From Eledone cirrhosa (Eukaryota), in contig OZ024751.1 of the NCBI GenBank assembly GCA_964016885.1, forward strand, positions 36,642,001 to 36,706,000: a stretch of 64,000 nt of DNA, in the 5' to 3' direction. Numbering within the stretch: the first letter of the stretch is position 1; each line of letters begins with the position of its first letter. The notes below the pieces were generated by a model. It was not told the DNA's origin and did no database searches. It saw nothing but the letters and a program-made list of their open reading frames with translations. Of this stretch, positions 44,232 to 60,978 are shown one piece after another. The translations under genes were made by a program, and so were the position numbers.

Positions 44232-44233
<2 letters not shown>
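44042..44233 (+). mobile_element. Family A fold-back element (ggagaatgtttaa variant)
   Basis: Hairpin plus tail, TA-flanked. Confidence 0.9.
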
Positions 44234-44290
<57 letters not shown>

Positions 44291-44665
44291 TTAAAAACAA
44301 AAAAATAAAACCAATAATGAAGAGCACAGTACAAACAGCGTTTCTATTGGGTTCATGCTTCAGAGTGCGGGGTGGGGGACGACGTTTCATCAGGAGGAAA
44401 AGATTTCCGAGGGTGTGAGGGGGTGTGGTGGAAAGACATTAAAAGTGTGTATGTGTGTGTGTGTGTGTGTGTGTGGTAATATAAAGGTATTTAAAATAAG
44501 CCGAGATATGACACCAACAATCATAACGGTACCTGACAAAGAACACGATATTAAATGCAGTTTAACATATTTATTTTCACCATGGGGTGGGTTGTTTAAC
44601 ACCTCCATTCAGACACCCCGTGATCAAAATTATAAGTCATATTATAACGTGTACATATATATAAC

Positions 44666-44767
<102 letters not shown>

Positions 44768-44781
44768 CACATATATATATT

Positions 44782-44814
<33 letters not shown>

Positions 44815-45140
44815 CACATATATATATATACATATATATATAAACATATATATATATACATATATATATATAAACATATACGTATATTTATATACACATA
44901 TATATATAAACATATACGTATATTTATATACGTATATATATATATATATACATGTATATATATACATATATATATATTTATATATTTGTACACACATATA
45001 TATATTTATATATATACATAAACATGTGTATATGTGTTTCAATGAGTCAATAACATTGTATGAACACGTGTTTTGTAGTAAGAGTTTGATGAGTCAGTAT
45101 TTATACACACAGTATGTATACACACACATACATACATATA

Positions 45141-45176
<36 letters not shown>

Positions 45177-45200
45177 ACAGGCACACACACACACACACAT

Positions 45201-45264
<64 letters not shown>

Positions 45265-45376
45265 ATAAATGTTTATGTGAGTGTTACAGGTAAGTTTCCA
45301 TACCTTATTGTTTAATCAAAAAACAATTTCATGAGGCTTCCAGCTTTATCACGCACGCCCTATATATATATATATT

Positions 45377-45408
<32 letters not shown>

Positions 45409-45530
45409 ATGTATATATATATATATATGTATATGTATATATATATATGTATATGTTATTTATGCATATCATTATTGTTGATAGTAATAGTATTATTATG
45501 TATGTATACATATATATATATGTGTCTATG

Positions 45531-45596
<66 letters not shown>

Positions 45597-45662
45597 TGTA
45601 TATATATATATATATATATATGTGTATTTTTATACATACATGCATACACACACTAACACACG

Positions 45663-45760
<98 letters not shown>

Positions 45761-45784
45761 ATATATATATATATATACATATAA

Positions 45785-45827
<43 letters not shown>

Positions 45828-45878
45828 ATATATATATATATACATATAAATATGCATATATATATATACATAAAAGTA

Positions 45879-45920
<42 letters not shown>

Positions 45921-46536
45921 ATATATACATATAAATATGCATATATATATATGTATATATATATGTGTGTGTATGCATGTATTTTATGATATATATATGT
46001 TTGTATGTATGGATTTTAGTCTTCAAATTTATTATTATTACTATATATATATATATATATATACATATATATATGCATATATATCATATATATATATATA
46101 TATATACATATATATATGCATATATATAATATACCATATATCATATATAGCATATGGTTCAATATTTCATATTTCTCCTTAAACGTAGTCTTGCAACCCT
46201 ATCGGACAAAGCATATCTATGTAGGGAAAAAAATCCGATATAGCTGCTATTTCTTGCAACATTAGTAACCACGTAGAAAAGCCTTTATTACAGGGCGTCT
46301 ATTTTCATAGGTGCCTGCGTGGGTGTTTGGGCATACACGTGTGAGTGCGTGTATGTATGTGTGTGCGTGTATGGGAGTTTGTCTTCTTAAGAATGCATGC
46401 CTGCTTTGTAATGAGTGCATGTTTCGGTATAAGCTTGCATGCAAGCACACATCCATATATATATATATATATATAGATGTATATATAAATATGCACACAT
46501 GTATGTATCATGAATTAATGCATCAGCTTGCATGCA

Positions 46537-46583
<47 letters not shown>

Positions 46584-46662
46584 CACGTTGAATATTTATT
46601 CTTCCATAATATACATCTATAACTGTGTGTGTGTGTGTATATATATATATACATATATACAT

Positions 46663-46714
<52 letters not shown>

Positions 46715-46946
46715 ATATATATGTATATATATATGTATATATATATGTATGTATATATATATGTATGTATATATATATATTTATATATCTATATATATAT
46801 ATATATGTATGTATATATATATGTATATACACATATATATTTATGTATATATGTATATATATGTACACACATATATATATATATATATACGAATATATAT
46901 ATACTTATATATGTATGTGTATATGTATGTGTATATATATATTATA

Positions 46947-47023
<77 letters not shown>

Positions 47024-47613
47024 ATATGTATATATACATAAATATACATTTATACATGCCTAAATGCACGCTTATACATACATACATACATACATACATA
47101 CATACATACACACAAACCGCATGAGCGCAGTGACATGCTAGCTTATATTACATGTGCGTGCATATTTCACATCGTTTGAGATTGTGTGCAAGGATATGTG
47201 TGAATATTGCTGTGTGCGTGTGCGTATGCCTCTATACGTATGCGTATGTATGTGTGTATATGTATGCATATGTATGTGTGTATTTGTATGCATATGTATG
47301 TGTGTATCTGTATGTGTATATGAGGATTTGCGGGGGTGTTACGTACGCATCTGCTAACTAGGCCAGTAAGGGTTCATGGGAACTGATAAGGATTATTTGT
47401 GTTTGTGTGTAAAGTATATGTGTATTTCTGTCTCTCTCTCTCTGTGTGTGTATGTGTGTGTGTGAGCGTGTGTGTGTGTACGTGTGTGTACGTGTGGGTG
47501 TAATCCAATAATGCCTCCCCTCTTTTATGTTATATTTCCCTGTTTTTCTTTTCCTCTCTCTCTCTATGTCTCTCTCTCTCTCTTTCGCTCTTATACTTTC
47601 TTTCTTAAAACAT

Positions 47614-47728
<115 letters not shown>

Positions 47729-48105
47729 CTCTCTCTCTCTCACGCACGAGGAGCCTGTACCCTCGCTGAATCACCCCCTAATTTTGTTTTGTAATCTCGT
47801 ACATGCATCCCTACCCCTCACTCTCAACCACCCCCCCTCATTCCCCACCTCACTATTTCTTTCTCCTTCCTTCTATTTCATTCTCTCTCTCCCTCTCCCC
47901 CCTCTCTCTCCGTCTCTCTCTCTCTTCCCCAATCCATTCCCACATGTATCATTCATATATAGACATGGTGGGACTGTGTTGTGAAAACCTTGGCTTCACA
48001 ACCACGTGGTTTCAACTAAGCTTCCCCACATGTAACAAACAATAATTTCCTACTTTCAGGGATTAATCGATGCCATATATCGGGTTGGGTAGTCGAAAAC
48101 TGTTC

Positions 48106-48172
<67 letters not shown>

Positions 48173-48175
<3 letters not shown>

Positions 48176-48201
48176 AGTCAGGACCCCGACGGCGCTCAGC
48201 C

Positions 48202-48241
<40 letters not shown>

Positions 48242-48430
48242 CGAAGGAAATGTGGTAAGGAACCAGGTGGACCATAACGCACCAAAGTACTCGATACTTA
48301 GGGTAGTAGAGTGGGTAATAGGAACAAGTAAGACCCCGACGGCTGAGCTCAAGCCGTTTCGACGGCTAATTCAGTTCAGAATTAGCCGTCGAAACGGCTT
48401 GAGCTCAGCCGTCGGGGTCTTACTTGTTCC

Positions 48431-48463
<33 letters not shown>

Positions 48464-48494
48464 CATCTTGCGACCGGAGCTCAGCCTATATATG

Positions 48495-48560
<66 letters not shown>

Positions 48561-49021
48561 TAAGTTATTCCGGGTTGAATCGGAGGTAACCACAGTAAGT
48601 AAGGTACTCAATACGTAGCAGAGTATAAAAGTTTTTATGTATATATATATATCATCTTACTGTCGAAACGGTCGGGGCTCAGCCTATATATATATATACA
48701 TATATATAACAAAGAAAGTGTGGTAGGAAACCAAGTGCACCATAACGTACCAGAGTACTCGATACTTAGGGTAGTAGAGTGGGTAATAGGAAAAGAGTCA
48801 GCACCCCAACGGCTGAGCTCCGGCTGTTTCGACAGCTAAATCCGAACCCACTTTTTTCATATATATATCCTATATATATATATATATATATCAGATCGAG
48901 TGTGGTAAAATCCAGGTAGACCATAACCCACTAGAGTACTCGATACTTGGAGTAGTAGAGTGGGTAATATGAAAAGCTGTCGAAACGGCCGGAGCCCAGC
49001 CATCGGGGTCCTGAATCTTTT

Positions 49022-49063
<42 letters not shown>

Positions 49064-49235
49064 AACATTCAGGACCCCGACGGCTGAGCTCCTGTCATTT
49101 CAACAACTAGATCCGAAACGGCCGGAGCTCAGCCGTCGGGGTCCTTAATCTTTTCATCTTTGCCACTCTACTAACCCAAGTAGCAATTATTCTGGTGAGT
49201 AATGGTCTAACGGGTTTTTACCGCCTACAATCTGA
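48173..49235. mobile_element. Cluster of family A copies (48240-48430 -, 48708-48858 -, 48892-49023 -, 49061-49235 +, small fragments) plus a family E tail
   Basis: Each piece is separated from the next by (TA)n. Confidence 0.88.
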
Positions 49236-49261
49236 TATATATACATACATATATATACATA

Positions 49262-49403
<142 letters not shown>

Positions 49404-49760
49404 GAGAAAGAGAGGGAAAGAGAGAGAGATAATACAACATAATTTTGGTAATATCCCGTCAGTTTGGTTAAAAAAAATTAACAGAACATGGTGCAGGAAA
49501 TAAATCTAGAAAGCACGTGGTTGAGATATAAACTAGTTATGCCTGGGGTAATATGTCGTATCAAGGTCTCACAGAATTCATTAATTAGTGAAGCCTTTAT
49601 TTTCACCCCTTACCCTAACCAATGACCCAGAAATTAAGGGTTACTATTGGACCCTTTAATACCATTCTTATTTAATTAATGACTTGAGTCACTTGTTAAT
49701 AAGTACACATACATCAGCACCAGTAATTTCACCTCTTCTATCTTATTGTAACACACGCAT

Positions 49761-49931
<171 letters not shown>

Positions 49932-49951
49932 TATATATATATATACACATA

Positions 49952-49991
<40 letters not shown>

Positions 49992-50007
49992 CATATGTAT
50001 ATATATT

Positions 50008-50089
<82 letters not shown>

Positions 50090-50134
50090 CATATATATAT
50101 ATATATACATACATATATATATAAATATACATAC

Positions 50135-50175
<41 letters not shown>

Positions 50176-50196
50176 CATACATATATATATATATAT

Positions 50197-50394
<198 letters not shown>

Positions 50395-50399
50395 TTACA

Positions 50400-50430
<31 letters not shown>

Positions 50431-50538
50431 TTAATTAGGTTTTAACTAATTATACTTAGATCCTCCTTCTATGGATTGAGTGCCCTACCTTTGGATATTT
50501 CTACAGTCTATATATATATATATGTATGTATATATAAA

Positions 50539-51033
50539 TATAAGTATGTATACGTACATACATATATGTATATAGACGTACAGTAGTATGTATACATATA
50601 CATACATGCACACATATATATATATGTACGTATGGATTCACCGAACATTTATTATAATGCTCGGTGTGTTTGTAAACAAACATCCCGAATTAAGCCGTAC
50701 AGGGTCCAGCAACCATCGTTGCCCTTTGGTTCAACACTGATAGCTAATAAGCTTGAAACTAGTACATCGTTCCTTTGTCAGTGTTGAACAAAAGGGCAAC
50801 GATGGTTGCTGGACACTGTACGGCTTAATTAAGATGTTTGTTTACCAACACACCGAACATTGTAATAAATGTTCGGTGAATCCATACGTACATATATATA
50901 TGTGTGCATGTATGTATATATATACATACTACTGTACGTCTGTATACATATATGTATGTACGTATACATACTTATAATTAAGTAACAGCCGTACTAAGAG
51001 TGAGAAATGAAATTTCGTTTCATTTTTTCCGTT

Positions 51034-51034
<1 letters not shown>
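50539..51034 (+). mobile_element. Family F fold-back element (~200-bp arms, tail 50977-51034) with the hammerhead broken at the fold-back junction
   Basis: Left arm ends caacactga, then tagctaataagcttGAAActagTAcatcgt; helix I 5' strand and part of the core are lost. Confidence 0.88.
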
Positions 51035-51107
<73 letters not shown>

Positions 51108-51129
51108 CATACATATATATATACGTATT

Positions 51130-53268
51130 CTTGAAACGGTCGTGGGGGAAGAGTCTTCAAACCCTCCTTCCAGTGGGTCCTATCAGAAGTAACCCTCTCC
51201 ATCTGATCTGGCTGGATCCCGAAGTGTGACCAGCCAAGCTCATGAAGGTTATCCAATCATCTTGCTCAGTGTCTACCCCTGGGTGCCCTACCGGTTGGTT
51301 TTACCCGAAAAATTTGTCCACCGATTCTTTCCTGAGACATTCTAACCACATGTCCATAGTATCGGAACTGTGATCTCACAATTCAGCGATTCTTTCCTGA
51401 GACATTCTAACCACATGTCCATAGTATCGGAGCTGTGATCTCACAATTCAGCGATTCTTTCCTGAGACATTCTAACCACATGTCCATAGTATCGGAGCTG
51501 TGATCTCACAATTCAGCGATTCTTTCCTGAGACATTCTAACCACATGTCCATAGTATCGGAACTGTGATCTCACAATTCAGCGATTCTTTCCTGAGACAT
51601 TCTAACCACATGTCCATAGTATCGGAGCTGTGATCTCACAATTCAGCGATTCTTTCCTGAGACATTCTAACCACATGTCCATAGTATCGGAGCTGTGATC
51701 TCACAATTCAGCGATTCTTTCCTGTGACATTCTAACCACATGTCCATAGTATCGGAGCTGTGATCTCACAATTCAGTGATTCTTTCTTGTGACATTCTAA
51801 CCACATGTCCATAGTATCGGAGCTGTGATCTCACAATTCAGTGATTCTTTCCTGTGACATTCTAACCACATGTCCATAGTATCGGAGCTGTGATCTCACA
51901 ATTCAGTGATTCTTTCCTGAGACATTCTAACCACATGTCTATAGTATCGGAGCTGTGATCTCTCAATTCAGAGATTCTTTCCTGAGACATTCTAACCACA
52001 TGTCCATAGTATCGGAGCTGTGATCTCACAATTCAGTGATTCTTTCCTGAGACATTCTAACCACATGTCCATAGTATCAGAGCTGTGATCTCACAATTCA
52101 GTGATTCTTTCTTGTAACATTCTAACCACATGTCCATAGTATCGGAGCTGTGATATCTCCATTCAGTGATTCTTTCCTGTGACATTCTAACCACATGTCC
52201 ATAGTATCGGAGCTGTGATCTCACAATTCAGTGATTCTTTCCTGAGACATTCTAACCACATGTCCATAGTATCGGAGCTGTGATCTCACAATTCAGTGAT
52301 TCTTTCCTGAGACATTCTAACCACATGTCCATAGTATCGGAGCTGTGATCTCACAATTCAGTGATTCTTTCTTGTAACATTCTAACCACATGTCCATAGT
52401 ATCGGAGCTGTGATCTCACAATTCAGTGATTCTTTCCTGTGACATTCTAACCACATGTCCATAGTATCGGAGCTTTGATCTCTCAATTCAGCGATTCTTT
52501 CTTGTGACATTCTAACCACATGTCCATAGTATCGGAGCTTTGATCTCTCAATTCAGCGATTCTTTCTTGTGACATTCTAACCACATGTCCATAGTATCGG
52601 AGCTGTGATATCTCCATTCAGTGATTCTTTCTTGTGACATTCTACCCCCATTCCCATAGTATCGGAGCTTTGATCTCTCAATTCAGTGATTCTTTCCTGT
52701 GACATTCTAACCACATGTCCATAGTATCGGAGCTGTGATCTCACAATTCAGTGATTCTTTCCTGAGACATTCTAACCACATGTCCATAGTATCGGAGCTG
52801 TGATATCTCCATTCAGTGATTCTTTCTTGTGACATTCTACCCCCATTCCCATAGTATCGGAGCTTTGATCTCTCCATTCAGCGATTCTTTCTTGTGACAT
52901 TCTAACCACATGTCCATAGTATCGGAGCTTTGATCTCTCAATTCAGCGATTCTTTCTTGTGACATTCTAACCACATGTCCATAGTATCGGAGCTGTGATA
53001 TCTCCATTCAGTGATTCTTTCTTGTGACATTCTAACCACATGTCCATAGTATCGGAGCTTTGATCTCTCAATTCAGCGATTCTTTCTTGTGACATTCTAA
53101 CCACATGTCCATAGTATCGGAGCTGTGATCTCACAATTCAGTGATTATTTCCTGTGACATTCTAACCACATGCCCATAGTATCGGAACTGTGATCTCTCC
53201 ATTCGGAGAAGTAGAGGCTCTACCTGGAGTGACTTTCTGATATCCATGCTGCGTACTTTATCGAGCAT
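51130..53268 (-). pseudogene. RTE-clade LINE fragment interrupted by an internal tandem expansion
   Basis: Minus strand LDKVRSMDIRKSLQVEPLLLRMERSQFRYYGHVVRMSQE...KPTGRAPRGRH*AR*LDNLHELGWSHFGIQP. Confidence 0.85.
51323..53204. repeat. 65-bp tandem repeat, about 29 copies
   Basis: Unit gattctttcctgagacattctaaccacatgtccatagtatcggagctgtgatctcacaattcagc; unit starts at 51323 and 53143 differ by 28 x 65. Confidence 0.97.
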
Positions 53269-53479
53269 CAGAAAAACCCACCAGAAAAATCCCGGAAAAA
53301 ATGCCTTTCTAGAAAGAGCACGTGTTTATTCAGTCAGCCATATATATAATTTGACGATAATTCCTGGTATTTTAGTTTATTTCCTACATTTCGTTCATGA
53401 TTAATTGCCCGTTGAGTTGGATTTCTGAAGAAAAAGAACATCCATCCACTTCGTTGTATTTCGAACCATTAACCAGATA

Positions 53480-55900
53480 AATAACTCAGGTCTCATCAAT
53501 GGGGTGACACTTATTTCTACCTTCCTCTATACCAACATCCTTTCATATTCTTCTTTCTTGTTTTATTTCCTTCTCTTTCTCTATGTTCCTACTATTTCAC
53601 TCTCAGTCTGTCTGTATGTCTGTCTGTCTGTCTGTCTGTCTCTTTCTCTCTCTGATTTTCTCTCCGCCTCTCTCTCTATATGTGTCACTCTTCCAGTCAC
53701 ACAAACGAAACTTTATTTTTGTTACCTCCCCTCTCTGTTCCAGTTTCCCTCTCTCTTCTGTCTCTCTCTCTCTCTTCCTCTCTGTCTCTCTGTCTTTCTC
53801 TGTCTCTCTCTCTATCTATCTCTTTTCTCTCTCTCACACACACTCATATTTTCTCCTCCAACCCACTGACACAGAAACACACACACACACAAACCCTCAC
53901 ACACACACACACACACACACAAACCCTCTCACACACACACACACACAAACCTCACACACACACAGCTCTCTCTCTCTCTCTCACAAACCCTCACACACTT
54001 TCTCTCTCTTACACACACTCTCTCATTCTCAGTCTCTCTGGTCTTCCTTTGCCTCCCTCCATTTCTTCCTCTCTCTCTCTCTCTCTCTCTCTCCCTCTCT
54101 CTCTCGCTCTCTCTCTCCCCAATCCCTCTCACACATACACATACACTCCTCCAACCCACCAACACACAGAAACACACACACACACCTTACCCCCCCCTCT
54201 CTGTCAATCAATGACTATCACACATCAGATAAAGAACACGCAACTCTATTAATCTTTATTCCCTATCTCTGAGTTTTGTATTCTTTGTGTGTCTGTGTGT
54301 GTGTGTATATATGTATGTGTGCACCTTTATGTATATGTATGTGTGAGTGTGAAAGTCTGTCGTGTGATGTATGTTGTTTCTGCGTGTGTTATATATGTGC
54401 ATCTGTGTGTGTGCATGTATGTATGTATATGTGTAATTGTGTATGTGTGTATATGTATAAGTTTATGTGTAATTGTGTGTGTGTATGTATGTATATGTGT
54501 AATTGTGTGTGTGTGTGTATGTATGTATATGTTTATGTGTAATAGTGTGTGTGTGTATGTGTAGGTATGTGTGTATGTATATGTTTCACGGGTGCTTATG
54601 TCTATTGTGAGGTGTGTTGTTTCCGTGTGTTATGTATATACATGTGTGTGTGTGTGTATGTTGTATGTTTGTGTGTGATAGTGTGTGTGTGTGTATGTAA
54701 TATGTATGTATGTTGGTGTGTGTGTGTGTGTATGTAATATGTATTATGCTGGTGTATATGTATGTTGTATGTGTGTGTGTGTAATATGTATATATGTTGG
54801 TGTGTGTGTATGTAATACGTATGTATGCTGGTGTATATGTATGTTGTATGTGTGTGTGTGTGTGTAATATGTATATATGTTGGTGTGTGTGTGTGTATGT
54901 AATATGTATGTATGCTGGTGTATATGTATGTTGTATGTGTGTGTGTGATAGTGTGTGTGTGTGTGTATGTAATATGTATATATGTTGGTGTCTGTGTGTG
55001 TGTGTATGTAATATGTATGTATGCTGGTGTATATGTGTGTGTGTGTATGTAATATATGTATGTTGGTGTGTGTGTGTATGTAATATGTATGTATGCCTGT
55101 GTATATGTATGTTGTATGTGTGTGTGTGTATGTAATATGTATGTATGTAGGTGTGTGTATGTAATATGTATGTATGTAGGTGTGTGTGTAAGTATGTTTG
55201 TGTGTGTGTGTATGTATGTTTGTGTTTTATGAGTGCAAATGCTCGTCATGTGGTGTATGTGTATATATGTATATATGTGTGTATGTCTGTGTATGTATGT
55301 GTATATATGTATATATGTGTGTATGTATGTGTATGTATGTGTATAAATGTATATATGTGTGTATGTAAGTGTATGTATGTGTATATATGTATATATAAGT
55401 GTGTATGTATGCGTATGTATGTGTATATATGTATATATGTGTGTATGTATGTGTATGTATGTGTATAAATGTATATATGTGTGTATGTATGTGTATGTAT
55501 GTGTATAAATGTATATATGTGTGTATGTATGTGTGTATGTATGTGTATATCACAATGTATTATATTTTCCAACAAATTACTTTCTCAGCCATTAATTAAT
55601 TAGGTGTAATTACTACTATTTTATTTATACCATTCCCACCCTACGTGTGTGTACATGTGTCTGTGTGTGTGTGTGTGTATGTGTGTGTGTGTCTGTGTAT
55701 ATATACACATATATATACACATACATATACATACATATATATCTATATAAGCATGTAACCATGTATGTATGTATATGTATGTATGTATATATGTATGTAT
55801 GTGTATATATGTATGTATGTGTATGTATGTGTATGTATGTATGTATGTATGTATATGTATGTATATGTATGTATATGTATGTATGTGTGTATGTATGTAT
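53480..55900. repeat. (CT)n/(CA)n then (GT/GTAT)n low-complexity fields
   Basis: Read directly. Confidence 0.9.
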
Positions 55901-56031
55901 GAGTGCGGTAATTGTGACAAACAGATATTATCTACTCTGTCTTGTTACTCTATGTAGAAATCTCCATTTTCCAATGATGATACTGAATTAACAATCGAAA
56001 CACAGTGCCATGTCTGAATTTACGACCCCCG

Positions 56032-56080
<49 letters not shown>

Positions 56081-56082
<2 letters not shown>

Positions 56083-56237
56083 CGAAGGAAGTGTGGTATG
56101 GAACCAGATGGACCATAACGTACCAGAGTACTCAATACTTAGGGTAGTAGAGTGGGTAATAGTAAAATGTTTGACCACGACGGCAGATTTCTGGACTCGA
56201 AACGGCTTGAGCTCTGCCGTCGGGGTCAAATATTTCC
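56081..56237 (-). mobile_element. Family A element with partly deleted hairpin
   Basis: Tail plus shortened arms, TA-flanked. Confidence 0.87.
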
Positions 56238-56415
56238 TATATATATATATTTAGTATTATATATATATATATGATAGTAAAAGGACGAATTATTATGCCT
56301 TCATTTCGTTTATTGAGTAGTGACGCGCTCTTCGCTATTGATCAATCAGCTCAAGGTTCGATCTGTATCAAAATGGCCCGACTCTGGAATTAAAACCTCA
56401 TCGCACCTCTGATAT

Positions 56416-56496
<81 letters not shown>

Positions 56497-57353
56497 CATA
56501 CATACATTGGACATAAGTAAATGGAAACGGCCAGCAGTTTGAGGGCCCGAATATGTGAGTCGTAGATTCGGTTCTTCAGTCTGGCCACTAGACATTTTGG
56601 CTGTTTAGTTTTTGGGGCCTCGGTAGACCATATCACCTAATATCACATAAACAAACCGGACGGAAACACTTTACTTAGCTCTATAATTTTGCTTTCATCT
56701 TAATTCTCTGCTATATGATCAGTGGAGACAATCGTTGACAGACATCTAACGAATTACTTTGAAAAACGGCAACTCTGCTTATAAATTGTCCAATTTCTAT
56801 AGTATTAATCTTAATCTATATTTCGATGGTTTAATTTGGCCGGGTGGTTGTACGGTTGTCTGTGAGGTTGGATGCTTGTTTGGGTGGTTGGTTGGTTGGG
56901 TGGTTGGGTGGTTGGGTAGTTGTTTGTGTTGAGTGTCCGTCTGGTGAGATTAAAGTACTTGCCAATAAGGTATTTGCACGTCTATATATGTAGGGTGTTT
57001 AGAGGCTAAATAAAGGTGAATTTTACCTACCACACCATCATATACCTTAAGCAGCCGTTGTAGTGGATATGTAAGGACAGGGAGTCTGGCAGATAGATAG
57101 ATAAGTAGACAGATAGATAACTAGTTAGTTAGATAGAGATTTAGATAGATAGATAGTCAATTTTGTCGTTCATTCTTCTGACGTCGGTATAATAAAGTAC
57201 CAATCAAGTACTGGGGTTACTCTAATCAACGTTGCCCTTCTCTTAAAATCTGTTGGCGATTTGCCTTTAGTGGACTTCATTCTGCTGCAAGCATTCGGTC
57301 AAGGTCTCCAATTTGAGGATACCTCCCTCACACTGGTCTTTGAAGGCCCCAAA

Positions 57354-57394
<41 letters not shown>

Positions 57395-57440
57395 TATATA
57401 TATATGTATGTATATATATATATATATATACATATATACA

Positions 57441-57496
<56 letters not shown>

Positions 57497-57574
57497 TATA
57501 TATATATATATATATATATACAGTATATATATATATATATATATATACATATATACATATATATATATACATAC

Positions 57575-57609
<35 letters not shown>

Positions 57610-57621
57610 TACATATATACA

Positions 57622-57745
<124 letters not shown>

Positions 57746-57789
57746 ATATATATATATATATATACAGTATATATATATATATATATACA

Positions 57790-58019
<230 letters not shown>

Positions 58020-58073
58020 TATATATATATATATATATATACAGTATATATATATATATATATATATATACAG

Positions 58074-58181
<108 letters not shown>

Positions 58182-59452
58182 GGTTCATATTCACTAATCT
58201 TCCCTCCTGATTAAGCAATAAAAAAATAATTCCAGAGCTTGTTTGATTTGCCACACGTTTGTTTTTGGAGGAGTCGGGGGGTGTATCGTATTTTAGGAAG
58301 TGCAATCAATGTAGTTAGTCTGTACTACTACCTATATCTCAAATGAACCTTAACATTCCTTCTTCAATTATTTTCCTAACCGTTCCGAAAGACAGAGCTG
58401 ATCATAATAAGATATTCTTTTCAAGCCAGTTTATTATATATCAAAGGAAGGAGGAATAAATTTTGAACCATTAACTTTGATTGAACCATGTTTCATGATT
58501 ATAGTAGCCACAGTGCAATTTCAGCCAACGATCTAAAGAACTGGCCGACGTAATGTTACATATTAATGATTTCATTAAGAATAAAATGATACAAATTATA
58601 CACGCTGAAGATTTTATGTTCCATTGTGCGTGTGTTTAAGTCTATGTGTAGTGTTGATGTGTATGTGTGTGTTTATGTCTATGTGTGTGTTGATGTCTAT
58701 GTGTGTGTTGATGTGTATGTGTGTGTTGTGTAATTTGGTTTTTATTTTTGAATTTTGTTTCGTTTGGGATAATTTTCATCAAGTAAAAAATGCTTTACTT
58801 TACTGTTAACTCTTGGAATAATAGGTAGGCCAGACAAGATTCCTGTTTCACATTGTCGGGAGAGGAACATATTGGGAGGAAGAACTTTACCGAAATATGT
58901 ATTTATATCAATGTTAATGTATTTACTGCTCTCCAGGCTAATTTTACACGATTTTTATTGAGAAGGTTTCTAAATGAATCTTCATCATTTGAACATGTAA
59001 AATATTTTTTTCCTTTTTTATATACTTGGTGGGTCTGAAGAAAGAAGCAGGGCACAGACATGGCCTTCATAGAATTTCCGAGACCAGAGAGATCGATAGT
59101 GTTGATGTTTAATTTAAACTAATGCAGTTCTAATACTTTAGGGGGATATGATCATGAGGTGAGGGTTCGGAAGAGCCTATGGCATTCTGGGGAAGAAGTG
59201 ATGGGTATAGGGGTTAGTATGGGTTAGACATGATCTGGGTGATAACCGAACACCCTAACCACTAAGCCACGTGCCTCCACTAACTATTGTTTCATTACAC
59301 AATATTGAATGTAAAGGATTATTAGTAAATCGTTGAATTTATCAATTAAAAAGAGAGAGGGGGAAAAGGACGAGAGAGTGAGACAGTGAGAGAGAATGAG
59401 AGAAAATGAGAGAGAATGAGAGACAGTGAGAGAGGCAGTTAAAATGTGGGAG

Positions 59453-59504
<52 letters not shown>

Positions 59505-59677
59505 CAATGAAGTGGTAGTATTAAAGAATAGTTAATCCTTTAATCTATATTCTGAGATTTTCTCCTCCGTTAATCGCGAAGTTTAATCTTGTACTTTCCA
59601 AACATCTGTCAACTTTGAACTTAATTATTAATCATTATGCTTTCGGCTACAATCTGTCTACGTTGGGTAGCAATCTT

Positions 59678-59742
<65 letters not shown>

Positions 59743-59864
59743 GATACATTTATACAATATATATAAATACATATATGTATATATATATATATATATACAT
59801 GCACATATACACATACACAAGCATTCACACACAAGTATACACCCACGTAGATGCACACATTCAC

Positions 59865-59902
<38 letters not shown>

Positions 59903-59954
59903 TTATTTGGTTTTGAAGATCGTAAACTTTAACCTTAATATTACTAACTACAGG

Positions 59955-60250
59955 CGATGACTTGTCAGAGTTGTTAGAACTTCAGATAGAATACTTTGCA
60001 ATATTTGTTCCGACTCTCAACTCTCTGAGTTCTAATCCTGCAGGGATCAACTTTGCCTTTCATCCTTACAGGGTCGATAAAATAAAGTACCACTAATGCA
60101 CTGGGTAATTGCTGGCCTTGTGCCAAAAGTAGAAACAATATTTGTTCCGACTCTCAACTCTCTGAGTTCTAATCCTGCAGGGATCAACTTTGCCTTTCAT
60201 CCATTTAAGGTCGATATAAAAAGTACCAGTTTAGTACTGGTGTCGATTCT
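59955..60250 (+). mobile_element. S1 SINE with internal tandem duplication
   Basis: A ~65-nt segment is repeated at 60001 and 60138. Confidence 0.8.
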
Positions 60251-60978
60251 TCCTCTATACATATTGTTTACTTCCTTTCTCCCACTCTTTATCCTACTCA
60301 GGAAGAAATCTTCTGTAGTCAGACCAGGAGGGAAGATGGTGTCCGCTATGTTTAAAAAAAAAAAGCTGTAGAAATGTCAACATCGCTTTTCTTGCTTCCG
60401 GCGTCGTTAAAATAAAGTATCAGTCATGTACTAGGGTCAAGTTAACGGGACTTTCTTCTCCTCACAAATAACAACAACAACAACGACGACAATAACCATA
60501 ACAACAATAACAACAACCATAACAACAATAACAACCATAACAAAAACAATAACAATCACAACAGCCATAAAAACAACCACAGCAGCCATGACAACAACAA
60601 CAACCACCAGAACAACCACAATAACCATAACAACAATAACAACAACCATAATAACAACAACAGCCATACCACCACCACCACCAACAACAACAACAATAAC
60701 AATAACAACTGCAACCACAACAACCATAACAGCAATAACAACAACCACAACAACCATAACAACAACACCAGCAGCAACAACCACCACCAACAACAAAAAC
60801 AACAACAATAAGCACCCCTCGGTCCCTCCTCCCACCACCACCACCAACACCCCCTCTCACCCGCAGTCCCCCTCCCACTTTAAACCACCACCAAAAGCTT
60901 GAATGCTAATCGAAGCAGACTTCAGTGAAACAACTACAAGAAACTCTTTAACAACTAATTCAAACTAAACATTACATT

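Noticed and set aside
51323-53204. CRISPR-like array
   Set aside because: Head-to-tail units without unique spacers, derived from a LINE, in a eukaryotic context with no cas genes.
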